Positions 19,987-29,142 of a stretch of 39,475 nucleotides of DNA are shown in pieces; positions within the stretch are counted from its first letter, which is position 1, and each line of letters opens with the position of its first letter. The DNA lies in NCBI GenBank assembly GCA_009921505.1, contig RFXU01000001.1, positions 1 to 39,475 on the forward strand, in the 5' to 3' direction. This stretch comes from Flavobacteriaceae bacterium (GTDB lineage: Bacteria; Bacteroidota; Bacteroidia; Flavobacteriales; Flavobacteriaceae). The notes beneath the pieces were generated by a model. That model ran no database searches, was not told the origin of the DNA, and saw only the letters and a program-made list of their open reading frames with translations. The position numbers and the translations under genes were made by a program.

Positions 19987-20865
19987 ATGAGTCGCTCCTT
20001 TGAAAAATTTCAAAAAAGACGCCTAATTTCCTCCTACATCTCTGCGGTGGTGAGTATTGGGCTTGTTTTATTCTTACTTGGATTTTTGGGGCTCATTTTA
20101 ATCAATTCCAAAAAGGTTGCCGACCATTTCAAAGAGCAAATTGCGTTGACCATCTTCTTAAAGGACGATGCCCGAAATGTTGAAATTGATCAGCTCCAAC
20201 AGACCATTGGACTTGCCCCCTACACAAAAAATGCTGTTTATGTTTCCAAACAGCAAGCCGCAGAAGAACACAGCGCGCTAATTGGCGAAAATTTCATGGA
20301 ATTCCTTGGAGATAACCCTTTGAAAAACAGCATCGATGTTTTTTTATTGGCTGAGTTTGTGACCGCCGAAGAAATCGAAAACATCCAAAATGAATTGTTG
20401 GAAAACAGTTTTGTCGAGTCTGTGAATTACGACAAACCCCTGATTGTTTTGCTCAATGATAACATCAAAAAAATTAGTTTTTGGGCATTAATCATCAGCG
20501 GTATCTTTTTGGTCATTGCGATCGTACTGATCAATAACTCGATTCGCCTCTCAGTTTACGCCAAACGATTTACCATCAAAACCATGCAACTGGTTGGGGC
20601 AACCAAAGGCTTTATTCGCGCACCCTTTGTCCGTCAAAGCATTTTGTTTGGGACTTTTGGCGCCTTAATTGCCCTCTCAGGTTTGTTTGGGGTATTGTGG
20701 GCTCTAAACGACTATTTTCCTGAATTAGATATTGTGGGCGATGTACAGGGGCATGCCTGGTTAGCGGTCTTTGTATTGGGCGCAGGAATTATCATTAGCG
20801 GCTTAAGCACCTTTTTTGCAACCCGAAGATTCTTGAACCTGCGCAGCGACGAATTATATTATTAA
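19987..20865 (+). CDS. ftsX: cell division protein FtsX-like permease
   Basis: It has an N-terminal TM helix, a periplasmic domain and 3 C-terminal TM helices. The conserved ftsX-DUF3098-uppP-truB order also supports the call. Confidence 0.85.
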   Translation: MSRSFEKFQKRRLISSYISAVVSIGLVLFLLGFLGLILINSKKVADHFKEQIALTIFLKDDARNVEIDQLQQTIGLAPYTKNAVYVSKQQAAEEHSALIGENFMEFLGDNPLKNSIDVFLLAEFVTAEEIENIQNELLENSFVESVNYDKPLIVLLNDNIKKISFWALIISGIFLVIAIVLINNSIRLSVYAKRFTIKTMQLVGATKGFIRAPFVRQSILFGTFGALIALSGLFGVLWALNDYFPELDIVGDVQGHAWLAVFVLGAGIIISGLSTFFATRRFLNLRSDELYY

Positions 20866-20967
20866 CCGGAAGCCTATAGTCAGCCCATCACCTCTGTACG
20901 CTGGATTAGAATGAAAAGAAAAAACGTAACTTAGCGGCACGCTTAATAAGACCATTTTAATTCTGAT

Positions 20968-21231
20968 ATGGGGGAACAAAAAAGAAAAAAGGAACAGGCC
21001 GAATCTTCATTTGTCTTTCACAAAGCCAACTACAAAATCATGTTAGCTGGCCTTGCCTTTATTGCCCTAGGATTTATTCTTATGGCAGGAGGCGGTAGTG
21101 AGAATCCTGAGGTATTCAATCCAGAAATTTATAGCTGGAGAAGAATCCGTTTGGCGCCAGCCCTTATTCTAATTGGTTTTGGACTTGAGGTTTACGCCAT
21201 TCTCAAATCTCACGATAAGTCAGAATCATGA
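20968..21231 (+). CDS. DUF3098-like small membrane protein
   Basis: It is 87 aa with two TM helices. Its stop overlaps the uppP start (ATGA). Confidence 0.7.
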   Translation: MGEQKRKKEQAESSFVFHKANYKIMLAGLAFIALGFILMAGGGSENPEVFNPEIYSWRRIRLAPALILIGFGLEVYAILKSHDKSES

Positions 21232-22013
21232 ATTATTGGGAAGCCATCGTACTGGCCATTATTGAGGGACTTACAGAATTTTTACCCGTGTCGTCCACGG
21301 GACATATGATCATTGCTTCATCATTTTTTGGCATTGCCCAGGAAGAATTTACTAAGCTATTTACCATCGCAATTCAACTGGGGACAATTTTAAGCGTGGT
21401 GGTTCTTTACTTTAAACGATTTTTTCAAACCATAGAATTTTATAAAAAATTATTCGTCGCTTTTTTGCCTGCGGTAGTTTTAGGCTTGATGTTCAATGAT
21501 TTAATTGATCAATTACTAGAGAGTCCAGTTACCGTGGCTATTTCTCTTATTATTGGCGGGGCAATACTCATTAAGGTAGACGCCTGGTTCGGACAAGGAA
21601 CGGATACAGAGGTCAATTATAAGACCGCCTTACTTATTGGTTTTTTTCAGTGTTTGGCCATGATCCCAGGGGTTTCGCGAAGTGGAGCAAGTATCGTCGG
21701 GGGAATGTCGCAAAAACTCTCGCGCACTGCAGCCGCTGAATTTTCTTTTTTCTTGGCCGTTCCTACCATGCTCGGTGCCACAGCAAAAAAGTCTTTTGAC
21801 TATTACCAAGATGGGTTTTTACTGACCCAGGAGCACATTAACCTCCTTATTTTAGGCAATGTAATCGGTTTTCTTGTCGCTCTGGTTGCGATAAAAACCT
21901 TTATCAACTATCTCAGCCGAAATGGATTTAAAGTCTTTGGTTATTACCGGGTCATTATTGGGCTATTATTGTTAGCCCTTCACTTTTTTGTTCAGCCTTT
22001 AAGCCTGGTATAA
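21228..22013 (+). CDS. uppP: undecaprenyl-diphosphate phosphatase
   Basis: It has the EFLPVSSTGH motif and PGVSRSGASI, with 8 TM helices. Confidence 0.92.
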   Translation: MNYWEAIVLAIIEGLTEFLPVSSTGHMIIASSFFGIAQEEFTKLFTIAIQLGTILSVVVLYFKRFFQTIEFYKKLFVAFLPAVVLGLMFNDLIDQLLESPVTVAISLIIGGAILIKVDAWFGQGTDTEVNYKTALLIGFFQCLAMIPGVSRSGASIVGGMSQKLSRTAAAEFSFFLAVPTMLGATAKKSFDYYQDGFLLTQEHINLLILGNVIGFLVALVAIKTFINYLSRNGFKVFGYYRVIIGLLLLALHFFVQPLSLV

Positions 22014-22705
22014 TGTCTGACAACCCCTTTGTAAAAGGTCAAGTAATCCTGATTGACAAACCTCTAAATTGGACCTCGTTTCAGGTCGTGAATAAAGTTC
22101 GCTGGCTGATCCGTAAACACTACGGATTAAAAAAATTAAAAGTAGGACATGCCGGAACCCTAGATCCGCTCGCCACAGGTTTACTCATTTTGTGCACTGG
22201 GGCGATGACGAAATCTATAGAGGAATTTCAAGGTCAAGAAAAAAAATATTCGGGTCGCCTAAAGCTTGGCGCGACTACACCAAGCTATGATCTTGAAACA
22301 CAAATCAATGCCACATTTAAATATGAGCATATTACTGAAGACATGTTATACGGGGCAATACCACAATTTACCGGGACCATTTTGCAGAAGCCCCCTATTT
22401 TTTCAGCAATTAAAAAAGACGGAAAACGACTCTACAGTCTCGCCCGCGAAGGCAAAACCACTGAGTTGCCTGAGCGAGAAATTACGATAAAAGAATTTGC
22501 CCTAAGTGCCGTTGAATTACCTGATGTGGAATTTAATGTGCGCTGTAGTAAAGGCACTTATATCCGCTCCTTAGCCCATGATTTTGGTGCGGCACTAGAC
22601 AGTGGAGCCCATTTAACTGCACTGAGACGAACAGCAATTGGCAGTTATGATGTGGCCCAAGCCATAAGTATAGAGCAATTTGAAGATCAGCTTTCTCGGG
22701 TTTAA
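22013..22705 (+). CDS. truB: tRNA pseudouridine(55) synthase
   Basis: It has the catalytic motif GHAGTLDPLATGLLIL. Its start overlaps the uppP stop (TAATG). Confidence 0.93.
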   Translation: MSDNPFVKGQVILIDKPLNWTSFQVVNKVRWLIRKHYGLKKLKVGHAGTLDPLATGLLILCTGAMTKSIEEFQGQEKKYSGRLKLGATTPSYDLETQINATFKYEHITEDMLYGAIPQFTGTILQKPPIFSAIKKDGKRLYSLAREGKTTELPEREITIKEFALSAVELPDVEFNVRCSKGTYIRSLAHDFGAALDSGAHLTALRRTAIGSYDVAQAISIEQFEDQLSRV

Positions 22706-22729
22706 TTTGTCCCGAAAACAAAGCGTTTT

Positions 22730-24466
22730 TTAAAGCTTCAATACCTGACGATAGACGGTCCCAAAGGATCCGCTGAACTGCACCCATAACACCCCTTGCC
22801 ACTCAGTATTTAAAGCTAACTCATAACTTCCATGTCCTTGCGGAATAGTTCCACGATAAAGCTCCTGTCCCAATACGTTATGAATTGTGACCTGAACGGG
22901 CTCGTGAATTTGATTCAGTCTAAATTTTACTGATCCTGTCGTTGGATTAGGAACCGCAGCCGAAATAAAACGAGTACTACTGAAATCATCCATTGATAAA
23001 TTCCCCACATTTATGGTCCAAAATCCCTCTGGGGCGACCAATGGTCGGGAAAGGGACTTTCCTGAATTTGCTGTAGCATCAATGTAATAATCCACAAGGG
23101 CCGCATCGTTTGGCATTTGCAAATCAACACTCCAGGTATCATTGCCAAGAGCGGTCATTGGCGCCGACGCAAAATCTCCTGCACTATCCCGCCAATATAC
23201 ACTTGCCTCTTGAATCCCTGAAATATGTTGAATTCGGGCGTCAATGGCAACCGTTGCTCCCTGAGCGGCTTGGTCTACCGGCTGATGAACAATCCACAAG
23301 GGCTCATCGACACCGATGGTATGCGTGATACAATGTATGGCCCCCAAAAGCGAGATTAAATTCTCTCCAGAATTATCTACATCAATTCCGACAATATTGT
23401 AACCTGGTAATAATTCTTGCCAACGTTCTAGGGCAGGCACATCCACTTCAGGTCGATAGGTAGGCACCAAAACCGTTTTGTTAATAAAAACGGCATTAGT
23501 ATAAGTACGGTAAGAACCGCCATTGTCGGGATATAATCCAGAACTACTTGGAGGTGCAGGGATCCATTCTATATTATAAGGGGTCCCAAATACGGAGGGA
23601 TAGTTCGCCACGACCTCAGCAATATTGGCTTCAATTTGTGGCCCATCAGCCACTCCAGGCGGATATTGACTTACCAAGAGGGTTTCCTCATCCAATAACT
23701 TCATGTGCATATCGATATGATGAATCACATCATAGGGTAAGGTTGGCATTTTGATATAGCGATCAATGCCTAAATACGCATTCATGATTGCATCGATCTC
23801 AGCCTCAGTTTTTGCGCTCACACCATAGGGGTTACCAGGCGCATTTTCGTCTAAAATAAGATCTGATGCAAAAGCGGTCCCAAGGCCATCACTCATATAA
23901 TTGCCTCCTGTATTCACTAAATCATTTGTTCCTGTGTTGGTAATATAGATGGGTAAATCAAGAAGCGTTGCATGGGCCGAAGGCATGACATCATCATTTG
24001 GCCGTGGCCTGTTGTAAATCCAATCCGTTAGGGCACGTGTCCCGACATCATTGCTGTAGACTGTGTTTCCGGCATAATCGCGAATCCAAATAGAATCCCA
24101 ATTCTCGTTCATGAAAATGACGCGGCTCAAATCGATACCGGCACCGGATAAGTAATTTGACACAGAAGATTGATTTTGCGTAGTAATCACTACATGACAT
24201 TCATTGACAGCCGCGGCCACAATTTGTCTTAATATATTCTGAAAACTCGGCTCCCAAGTAATGACTAAATATTCTACTTCTTCCCATTCTGCCATGGCCC
24301 TTACCGGTTCTGTCGGAGGGTCTGTTACTTTGTTTTGTGTGAACGAAATCTGCCCAAGGCTACTTTTTTCAGACTGTGTTAAACCCTTGGGAAGTGGGTT
24401 TTGACCCCAGGTAATTGAGGTCATTAAAATTATAAGGGCAAATAAAATCCGGTCGAGTCGCGTCAT
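22730..24466 (-). CDS. secreted agmatine deiminase / Porphyromonas-type peptidyl-arginine deiminase family protein with T9SS C-terminal sorting domain
   Basis: It has a signal peptide, a guanidino-modifying-enzyme core ending in the catalytic GAIHCITH, a beta-sandwich spacer, and a C-terminal VPNPTTGSVKF...VYRQVLKL CTD. Confidence 0.85.
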   Translation of the reverse strand: MTRLDRILFALIILMTSITWGQNPLPKGLTQSEKSSLGQISFTQNKVTDPPTEPVRAMAEWEEVEYLVITWEPSFQNILRQIVAAAVNECHVVITTQNQSSVSNYLSGAGIDLSRVIFMNENWDSIWIRDYAGNTVYSNDVGTRALTDWIYNRPRPNDDVMPSAHATLLDLPIYITNTGTNDLVNTGGNYMSDGLGTAFASDLILDENAPGNPYGVSAKTEAEIDAIMNAYLGIDRYIKMPTLPYDVIHHIDMHMKLLDEETLLVSQYPPGVADGPQIEANIAEVVANYPSVFGTPYNIEWIPAPPSSSGLYPDNGGSYRTYTNAVFINKTVLVPTYRPEVDVPALERWQELLPGYNIVGIDVDNSGENLISLLGAIHCITHTIGVDEPLWIVHQPVDQAAQGATVAIDARIQHISGIQEASVYWRDSAGDFASAPMTALGNDTWSVDLQMPNDAALVDYYIDATANSGKSLSRPLVAPEGFWTINVGNLSMDDFSSTRFISAAVPNPTTGSVKFRLNQIHEPVQVTIHNVLGQELYRGTIPQGHGSYELALNTEWQGVLWVQFSGSFGTVYRQVLKL

Positions 24467-24532
24467 GTAACTATATTTTTCAGCAAGATAATTAAAAATG
24501 AGGCTTCATTCGCAAAGATCAAAGTCTTGGGT

Positions 24533-25933
24533 CTACCAGAATATCAAGGCGGTCACAAAGACCACAGCCCCCAAAACCATGATCCATAAAGTATAAGGCA
24601 AAAGCTCGCTGGCCTTTAGTTTCGTAATCCCTAAAAGAGGCAATGCCCAAAAAGGCTGCAGCATATTGGTTAATTGATCGCCGTAAGCCAGAGCCATAAT
24701 CACTTTTTGCACTGGGACCTTTAAGGAGATGGCCGCCTCTAAAATCACAGGCCCTTGAATGGCCCACTGACCGCCCCCAGAAGGAATAAATACATTTACG
24801 ATGGCGGCACTTATAAAGGTTAAAATTGGGAGGGTTTCAGCAGTGGATAAGGCCACAAAATAATTCGCGATGTCTACGACGAGTCCGCTGCTTTGCATCA
24901 CGCCCATGATGCCAAAATAAAGAGGAAATTGAATTAAAATTCCCGAGGCTCCAGAAATCGCCTCATCAACAGCCTTCAGGATACTGGACACCTTACCATG
25001 GGCTATAAATATTAATCCCAGCATTAAGAAATTTAGCATGTTGGGGGTAACAATTCCACCTCTTAAGGAGGCCCCATAGTTATAAAAAAAGGCAATGAGC
25101 ATTACTAAACCAAAGCTGTAGGCTAAGACTTTTGATTCATCCCAGTTTGTCTTTATAAAACGAGAGTCCGACTGCTGATAAACCAGATTTTTATCCTCAG
25201 GATTTGTGGCATCCTCCTGGGCAGGATCCCCGTTTAAGTTAGGTGCCTGATTTTTCCCCATGCGTCCCAACCAAACTAAAAGTAATGGAACACTCAATAA
25301 GAGGATTAAAAAAACTAATACATTTTGAACACTGAAAACAGTATCGGTGTAGGCAATTAAGTCGGGTAAAAATGCAGACAATTCTGGGCCGACTAATGAG
25401 GCTAAATGACCCTGTTCTCCAACTTTGGCAGGTGCAGAACCACTGATTCCTCCATGCCAAATCATCATCCCTGCATAGGCCGCCGCGCCAACCAAAGGAT
25501 AATTAATCTTAATGCCTTGTGCTTTGGCCGCCTCACCAATCTTACGAGCCATTAAGGCCCCGAAAATTAGACCAAGACCCCAATTAAAAAATGAGACCAA
25601 CATGGTCAAAACTGAAACTAAAATTACCGCATGAGTTGTGCCCTTAATACTAGTGGTAAGGACTGAAATAAAACGAGTCATCACCGGGCTTAGCACGAGC
25701 ATATGTCCCAAAACCAGAATGAGCATCATCTGGTAGGCGAAAACCAGCAAATCCTTTTGCCAAATCCCTTGCTCCCAATAACCCAAAAGACTCAGCCAAT
25801 AAGGATCAGATGTTTTTGGCTCAGTAAATATCAGCGCCAAAACAAAAGTCAATGCCGTGAGCAATAAAGCAATAGAAAAAGGCGACGGCAAAAACCGTCG
25901 AAAGAGGGTTTCTATGACGGCCGTTGGCCGCAT
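24533..25933 (-). CDS. AtoE-like short-chain fatty acid transporter family protein
   Basis: It is a 466-aa polytopic membrane protein whose overall pattern resembles the TIGR00366/AtoE family. The assignment rests on resemblance only. Confidence 0.7.
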   Translation of the reverse strand: MRPTAVIETLFRRFLPSPFSIALLLTALTFVLALIFTEPKTSDPYWLSLLGYWEQGIWQKDLLVFAYQMMLILVLGHMLVLSPVMTRFISVLTTSIKGTTHAVILVSVLTMLVSFFNWGLGLIFGALMARKIGEAAKAQGIKINYPLVGAAAYAGMMIWHGGISGSAPAKVGEQGHLASLVGPELSAFLPDLIAYTDTVFSVQNVLVFLILLLSVPLLLVWLGRMGKNQAPNLNGDPAQEDATNPEDKNLVYQQSDSRFIKTNWDESKVLAYSFGLVMLIAFFYNYGASLRGGIVTPNMLNFLMLGLIFIAHGKVSSILKAVDEAISGASGILIQFPLYFGIMGVMQSSGLVVDIANYFVALSTAETLPILTFISAAIVNVFIPSGGGQWAIQGPVILEAAISLKVPVQKVIMALAYGDQLTNMLQPFWALPLLGITKLKASELLPYTLWIMVLGAVVFVTALIFW

Positions 25934-26305
25934 TTAGAACGGTAAATCGTCGTGCTCATCGTCTTGATGATCGCCAATGGGCTCAAAAGCGTCTTCTGGC
26001 GGCATTGGCGGCATAGATGGGCTACCGGCATCCAACAACTCAACGCGCCAGCCTTGAATAGAATTAAAATACTTCGTCTCACCCTGTGGATTTACCCACT
26101 CACGACCACGCAAATTGATGCCGACTTTAACCGATTGACCCACACTTATTGTGTTGAGTAAGTCCGTTTTGTCCTGGACAAATTCAATCATTAAGTGTTG
26201 TGGATATTGCTCCTGAGTGGTGACCACCAATTCGCGTTTTCTAAATCCGTTGCTGCCAAAAGTTTGGGTTGTTCCTACTAATTTTACGGTCCCTTGTATT
26301 TCCAT
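25934..26305 (-). CDS. DUF3127-like OB-fold protein with acidic SSB-like C-terminal tip
   Basis: The N-terminal ~90 aa (MEIQGTVKLV...YPQHLMIEFVQDK...WRVELL) match the DUF3127 pattern. A Pro-rich linker follows, and the protein ends in DDEHDDLPF. Confidence 0.7.
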   Translation of the reverse strand: MEIQGTVKLVGTTQTFGSNGFRKRELVVTTQEQYPQHLMIEFVQDKTDLLNTISVGQSVKVGINLRGREWVNPQGETKYFNSIQGWRVELLDAGSPSMPPMPPEDAFEPIGDHQDDEHDDLPF

Positions 26306-26331
26306 CGGTATTATATTTTATTACAATATTA

Positions 26332-27162
26332 CTATTCCTGTATTAATACTTGCCAAGCCTGTTCAATAGCTCCTTGCTCAATCAATTGCTTGGCCTTTTT
26401 TTGCCTATTTATATCCTGGCCACTGTGCTCATGGGCCCCTTCTGGAAGAGCGCTTACATTAGCGAGTTGAGCCAAATCATTTCCAGAGAGAATGTCACTT
26501 TGTCGAATCGCCCTTGGTAAGGCATCAATCCCTATGCCCAGATCACTGTTGGGTTTAGCCACTTCAAATAACCCAGATTTAGCTCTAGAATACCAATTGC
26601 CCCCCATGCGCGAAACAAGGTCTATTTTCTCAGGATCAATTTGACCTTGAGAATTGAGTATATCTTGGCTAATATGCAATCGCTCTACCTGGGCCATAAC
26701 CAAATTACCTGCACCCCCCTCAGTGCCCAAAGGTACCACATTGACGACCTTACATTCCAATTGAACCGGAGCTTCCTTAACCCTCGGCGGGCGCACCGTT
26801 TCGGAGGCCTCCATAGTAAAGCCGGCTTTCACGAATTCATTAACGCCCTTTGGATATTCTGTAGAGGCCAAACTCATCTGCTGGACCATCGCGTAATTCA
26901 CCACATTAATCACAACCTCGGGCACCGCCTGAACATTTTCAAGAGTATGCTTGACCGTATTGCCGCGAACCCGTCGCGCGGGAGAAAATATCAAAATAGG
27001 CGGACGTGCACTAAAAACATTAAAAAAACTATAAGGCGCTAAATTGACCTTACCTTCTTCATCTACCGTACTGGCAAAACAGATCGGACGCGGCCCAATG
27101 GCTCCTAAAAGATACCCGTGAAGTTCGGGTGTTTGTAACTCATTTGGATCTAAATGCAACAT
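26332..27162 (-). CDS. flavin reductase-like FMN-binding domain protein
   Basis: PRPICFASTVDEEGKVNLAPYSFFN is typical of the flavin reductase family. There is a C-terminal extension of about 70 aa. Confidence 0.75.
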   Translation of the reverse strand: MLHLDPNELQTPELHGYLLGAIGPRPICFASTVDEEGKVNLAPYSFFNVFSARPPILIFSPARRVRGNTVKHTLENVQAVPEVVINVVNYAMVQQMSLASTEYPKGVNEFVKAGFTMEASETVRPPRVKEAPVQLECKVVNVVPLGTEGGAGNLVMAQVERLHISQDILNSQGQIDPEKIDLVSRMGGNWYSRAKSGLFEVAKPNSDLGIGIDALPRAIRQSDILSGNDLAQLANVSALPEGAHEHSGQDINRQKKAKQLIEQGAIEQAWQVLIQE

Positions 27163-27256
27163 CTTTGTAAAGGTAGTTTAATTGCAGAAATCTTAAAAAA
27201 GTACCCCATATTAATATTAACATAATTGCGTTATCTTTAAACGCAATAACAGCCCT

Positions 27257-28411
27257 ATGCGAACTCTTAGCGATTTTACTCGTTGGCTATTTGTGGTGCT
27301 TTCAGCCCTAATTGTCTCTCTAATTGCCTGGAACACCTACCGACTCTTTACCCAACTTAAAGAAAACGAGCGGCATAAAATGTCGATTTGGGCAGGCGCT
27401 TTTGAAGAATTTCAGCAAGTCGACATCACGAATAAAGATTGGAACAGCAAACTTATCCTCAATATTCTTCAGAGCAATACCACCACACCTATGATCCTCT
27501 ATACACACAAAGAGGACAACTATTCGGCCAATAATCTCTCAGAGGAAGTCCTTCAGGATCCAGAGTATCGCCAAGCATTAATCGAGCAATTTAGCTCTGA
27601 ATTCAATCCTATAGAAATCCGTTACAACAACGAATTACTTCAAACCATCTATTACGGAAACTCTCCGGCCATTACCAAAATAAAATATTACCCTCTCGTC
27701 TTGCTGGTCATCTTACTGCTGTTTTATTCAGCCTTGGTGTTTTTCTATAATACCTCAAAGTCTGCCGAGCAAAATAAGCTATGGGCGGGAATGGCCAAAG
27801 AGACCGCACACCAAATCGGGACACCCTTATCCTCTTTGGTGGGTTGGACAGAATTATTGAAATCCGAAGACATCCCCAAAAATTACATCACAGAAATTGA
27901 AAACGATATCAATCGTTTGAAAAAAATCACGGATCGATTTTCAAAAATTGGCTCAACCCCGACCCTATCGCCTATGGATATCGTCACTTTGACCAGAGAA
28001 ACCTGCAATTATCTCAAAAGTCGCAGTTCAAATCTGATCTCATTTGACATAGACCTTCCAGACTCGGCTATTCTCGTGGCGCTCAATGCCGAACTCTTCA
28101 GTTGGACTTTAGAAAATTTGGTAAAAAATGGAATTGATGCCATGCGTGGACAAGGCACAATTTCGATCAGCATGAGTTCACAGAATAAGCGCGTTTTACT
28201 GCATATCTCAGACAGCGGAAAAGGCATTCCGAAAAAGTACTTTAATAAAATATTCCGTCCGGGCTTTACCACGAAAAAACGCGGTTGGGGCTTGGGACTT
28301 TCCTTAGCCAGACGTATCGTTGAAGATTATCATCGCGGGAAAATACGCGTTTTAAAAAGCATCAAAGACCAAGGGAGTACCCTTGAAATAAACCTACCTG
28401 AAGTTGCCTAA
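27257..28411 (+). CDS. orphan sensor histidine kinase (TM - periplasmic domain - TM - HisKA - HATPase_c)
   Basis: It has an unusual H-box (AHQIGTPLSSL), an N-box (LVKNGIDA), then DSGKGIP and GWGLGLSLARRIV. Confidence 0.85.
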   Translation: MRTLSDFTRWLFVVLSALIVSLIAWNTYRLFTQLKENERHKMSIWAGAFEEFQQVDITNKDWNSKLILNILQSNTTTPMILYTHKEDNYSANNLSEEVLQDPEYRQALIEQFSSEFNPIEIRYNNELLQTIYYGNSPAITKIKYYPLVLLVILLLFYSALVFFYNTSKSAEQNKLWAGMAKETAHQIGTPLSSLVGWTELLKSEDIPKNYITEIENDINRLKKITDRFSKIGSTPTLSPMDIVTLTRETCNYLKSRSSNLISFDIDLPDSAILVALNAELFSWTLENLVKNGIDAMRGQGTISISMSSQNKRVLLHISDSGKGIPKKYFNKIFRPGFTTKKRGWGLGLSLARRIVEDYHRGKIRVLKSIKDQGSTLEINLPEVA

Positions 28412-28770
28412 TGATTGTCAAAGAATTTGTCATACACCGCGCTGACATAAACAATCACTGTCCCAATTGTTTTTCTGCCCGGGGCATGGTTTTCTCTTTT
28501 ATTCAAAATCAAAAAGAGAATTCATGGGTTATTGTCACCTCCAAAGAGATCCAAGAACAACTTTTTTGTCAGCACTGTAGCCAAGAAGTTTACCCTGGAT
28601 CATGGGACGAAGCCATAGAACGTGTTTATGCCTATCAAAGAAAATGTTTTAAGCCAATGCCCTCGGGATTCCGGTTAAAAAAGAAAGGGAAAATTGCGGT
28701 CGGGCTAGCTTTAGCCACTTTACTCTGCGGCGTAGGGGTTTGGATTAGCCTTCAAAATGGCTGGCTATAG
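28411..28770 (+). CDS. small zinc-ribbon protein with C-terminal TM anchor
   Basis: Its start overlaps the kinase stop (TAATG). It has CPNC and CQHC motifs and a C-terminal hydrophobic helix (IAVGLALATLLCGVGVWI). Confidence 0.55.
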   Translation: MIVKEFVIHRADINNHCPNCFSARGMVFSFIQNQKENSWVIVTSKEIQEQLFCQHCSQEVYPGSWDEAIERVYAYQRKCFKPMPSGFRLKKKGKIAVGLALATLLCGVGVWISLQNGWL

Positions 28771-29140
28771 CTTGGGCTAAGCCTTCAAACTCTTGAGCGC
28801 TCATTTCAATTTTTTGAACAAATCTGATGTCTTCCATATGATTTAACGGAATCAAATGCACATGTACATGAGGGACCTCAAGGCCGATAACAGACATGCC
28901 TACTCTCTTGCACTGAACGGTTTTCTCCAAAGCTTTGGCTACTTTTCTAGAGAATTCCATGAGTCCGTGGTAAGTTTCTTGATCCAAATCGAATAGTTTA
29001 TCAACTTCAATTTTTGGGATGCACAGAGTATGGCCTTTGGCATTGGGATTAATGTCTAAAAAAGCCAAGAAATCATCGTTCTCTGCAACTTTATAACAAG
29101 GTATATTTCCTTGAATAATCTGTGTAAAGATGCTGGCCAT
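28745..29140 (-). CDS. HIT family (histidine triad) nucleotide hydrolase
   Basis: It has the HVHVHLIP histidine-triad motif, at 131 aa. Confidence 0.9.
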   Translation of the reverse strand: MASIFTQIIQGNIPCYKVAENDDFLAFLDINPNAKGHTLCIPKIEVDKLFDLDQETYHGLMEFSRKVAKALEKTVQCKRVGMSVIGLEVPHVHVHLIPLNHMEDIRFVQKIEMSAQEFEGLAQAIASHFEG

Positions 29141-29142
29141 GA

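Noticed and set aside
22533-22802. 89-aa minus-strand ORF bridging truB and the deiminase gene (a similar one lies at 24519-24767 inside the transporter gene)
   Set aside because: They overlap two or more confident genes in other frames and have no motifs.
26641-27042. 133-aa plus-strand ORF
   Set aside because: It is antisense to the flavin reductase gene, basic and low in complexity, and has no independent start context.
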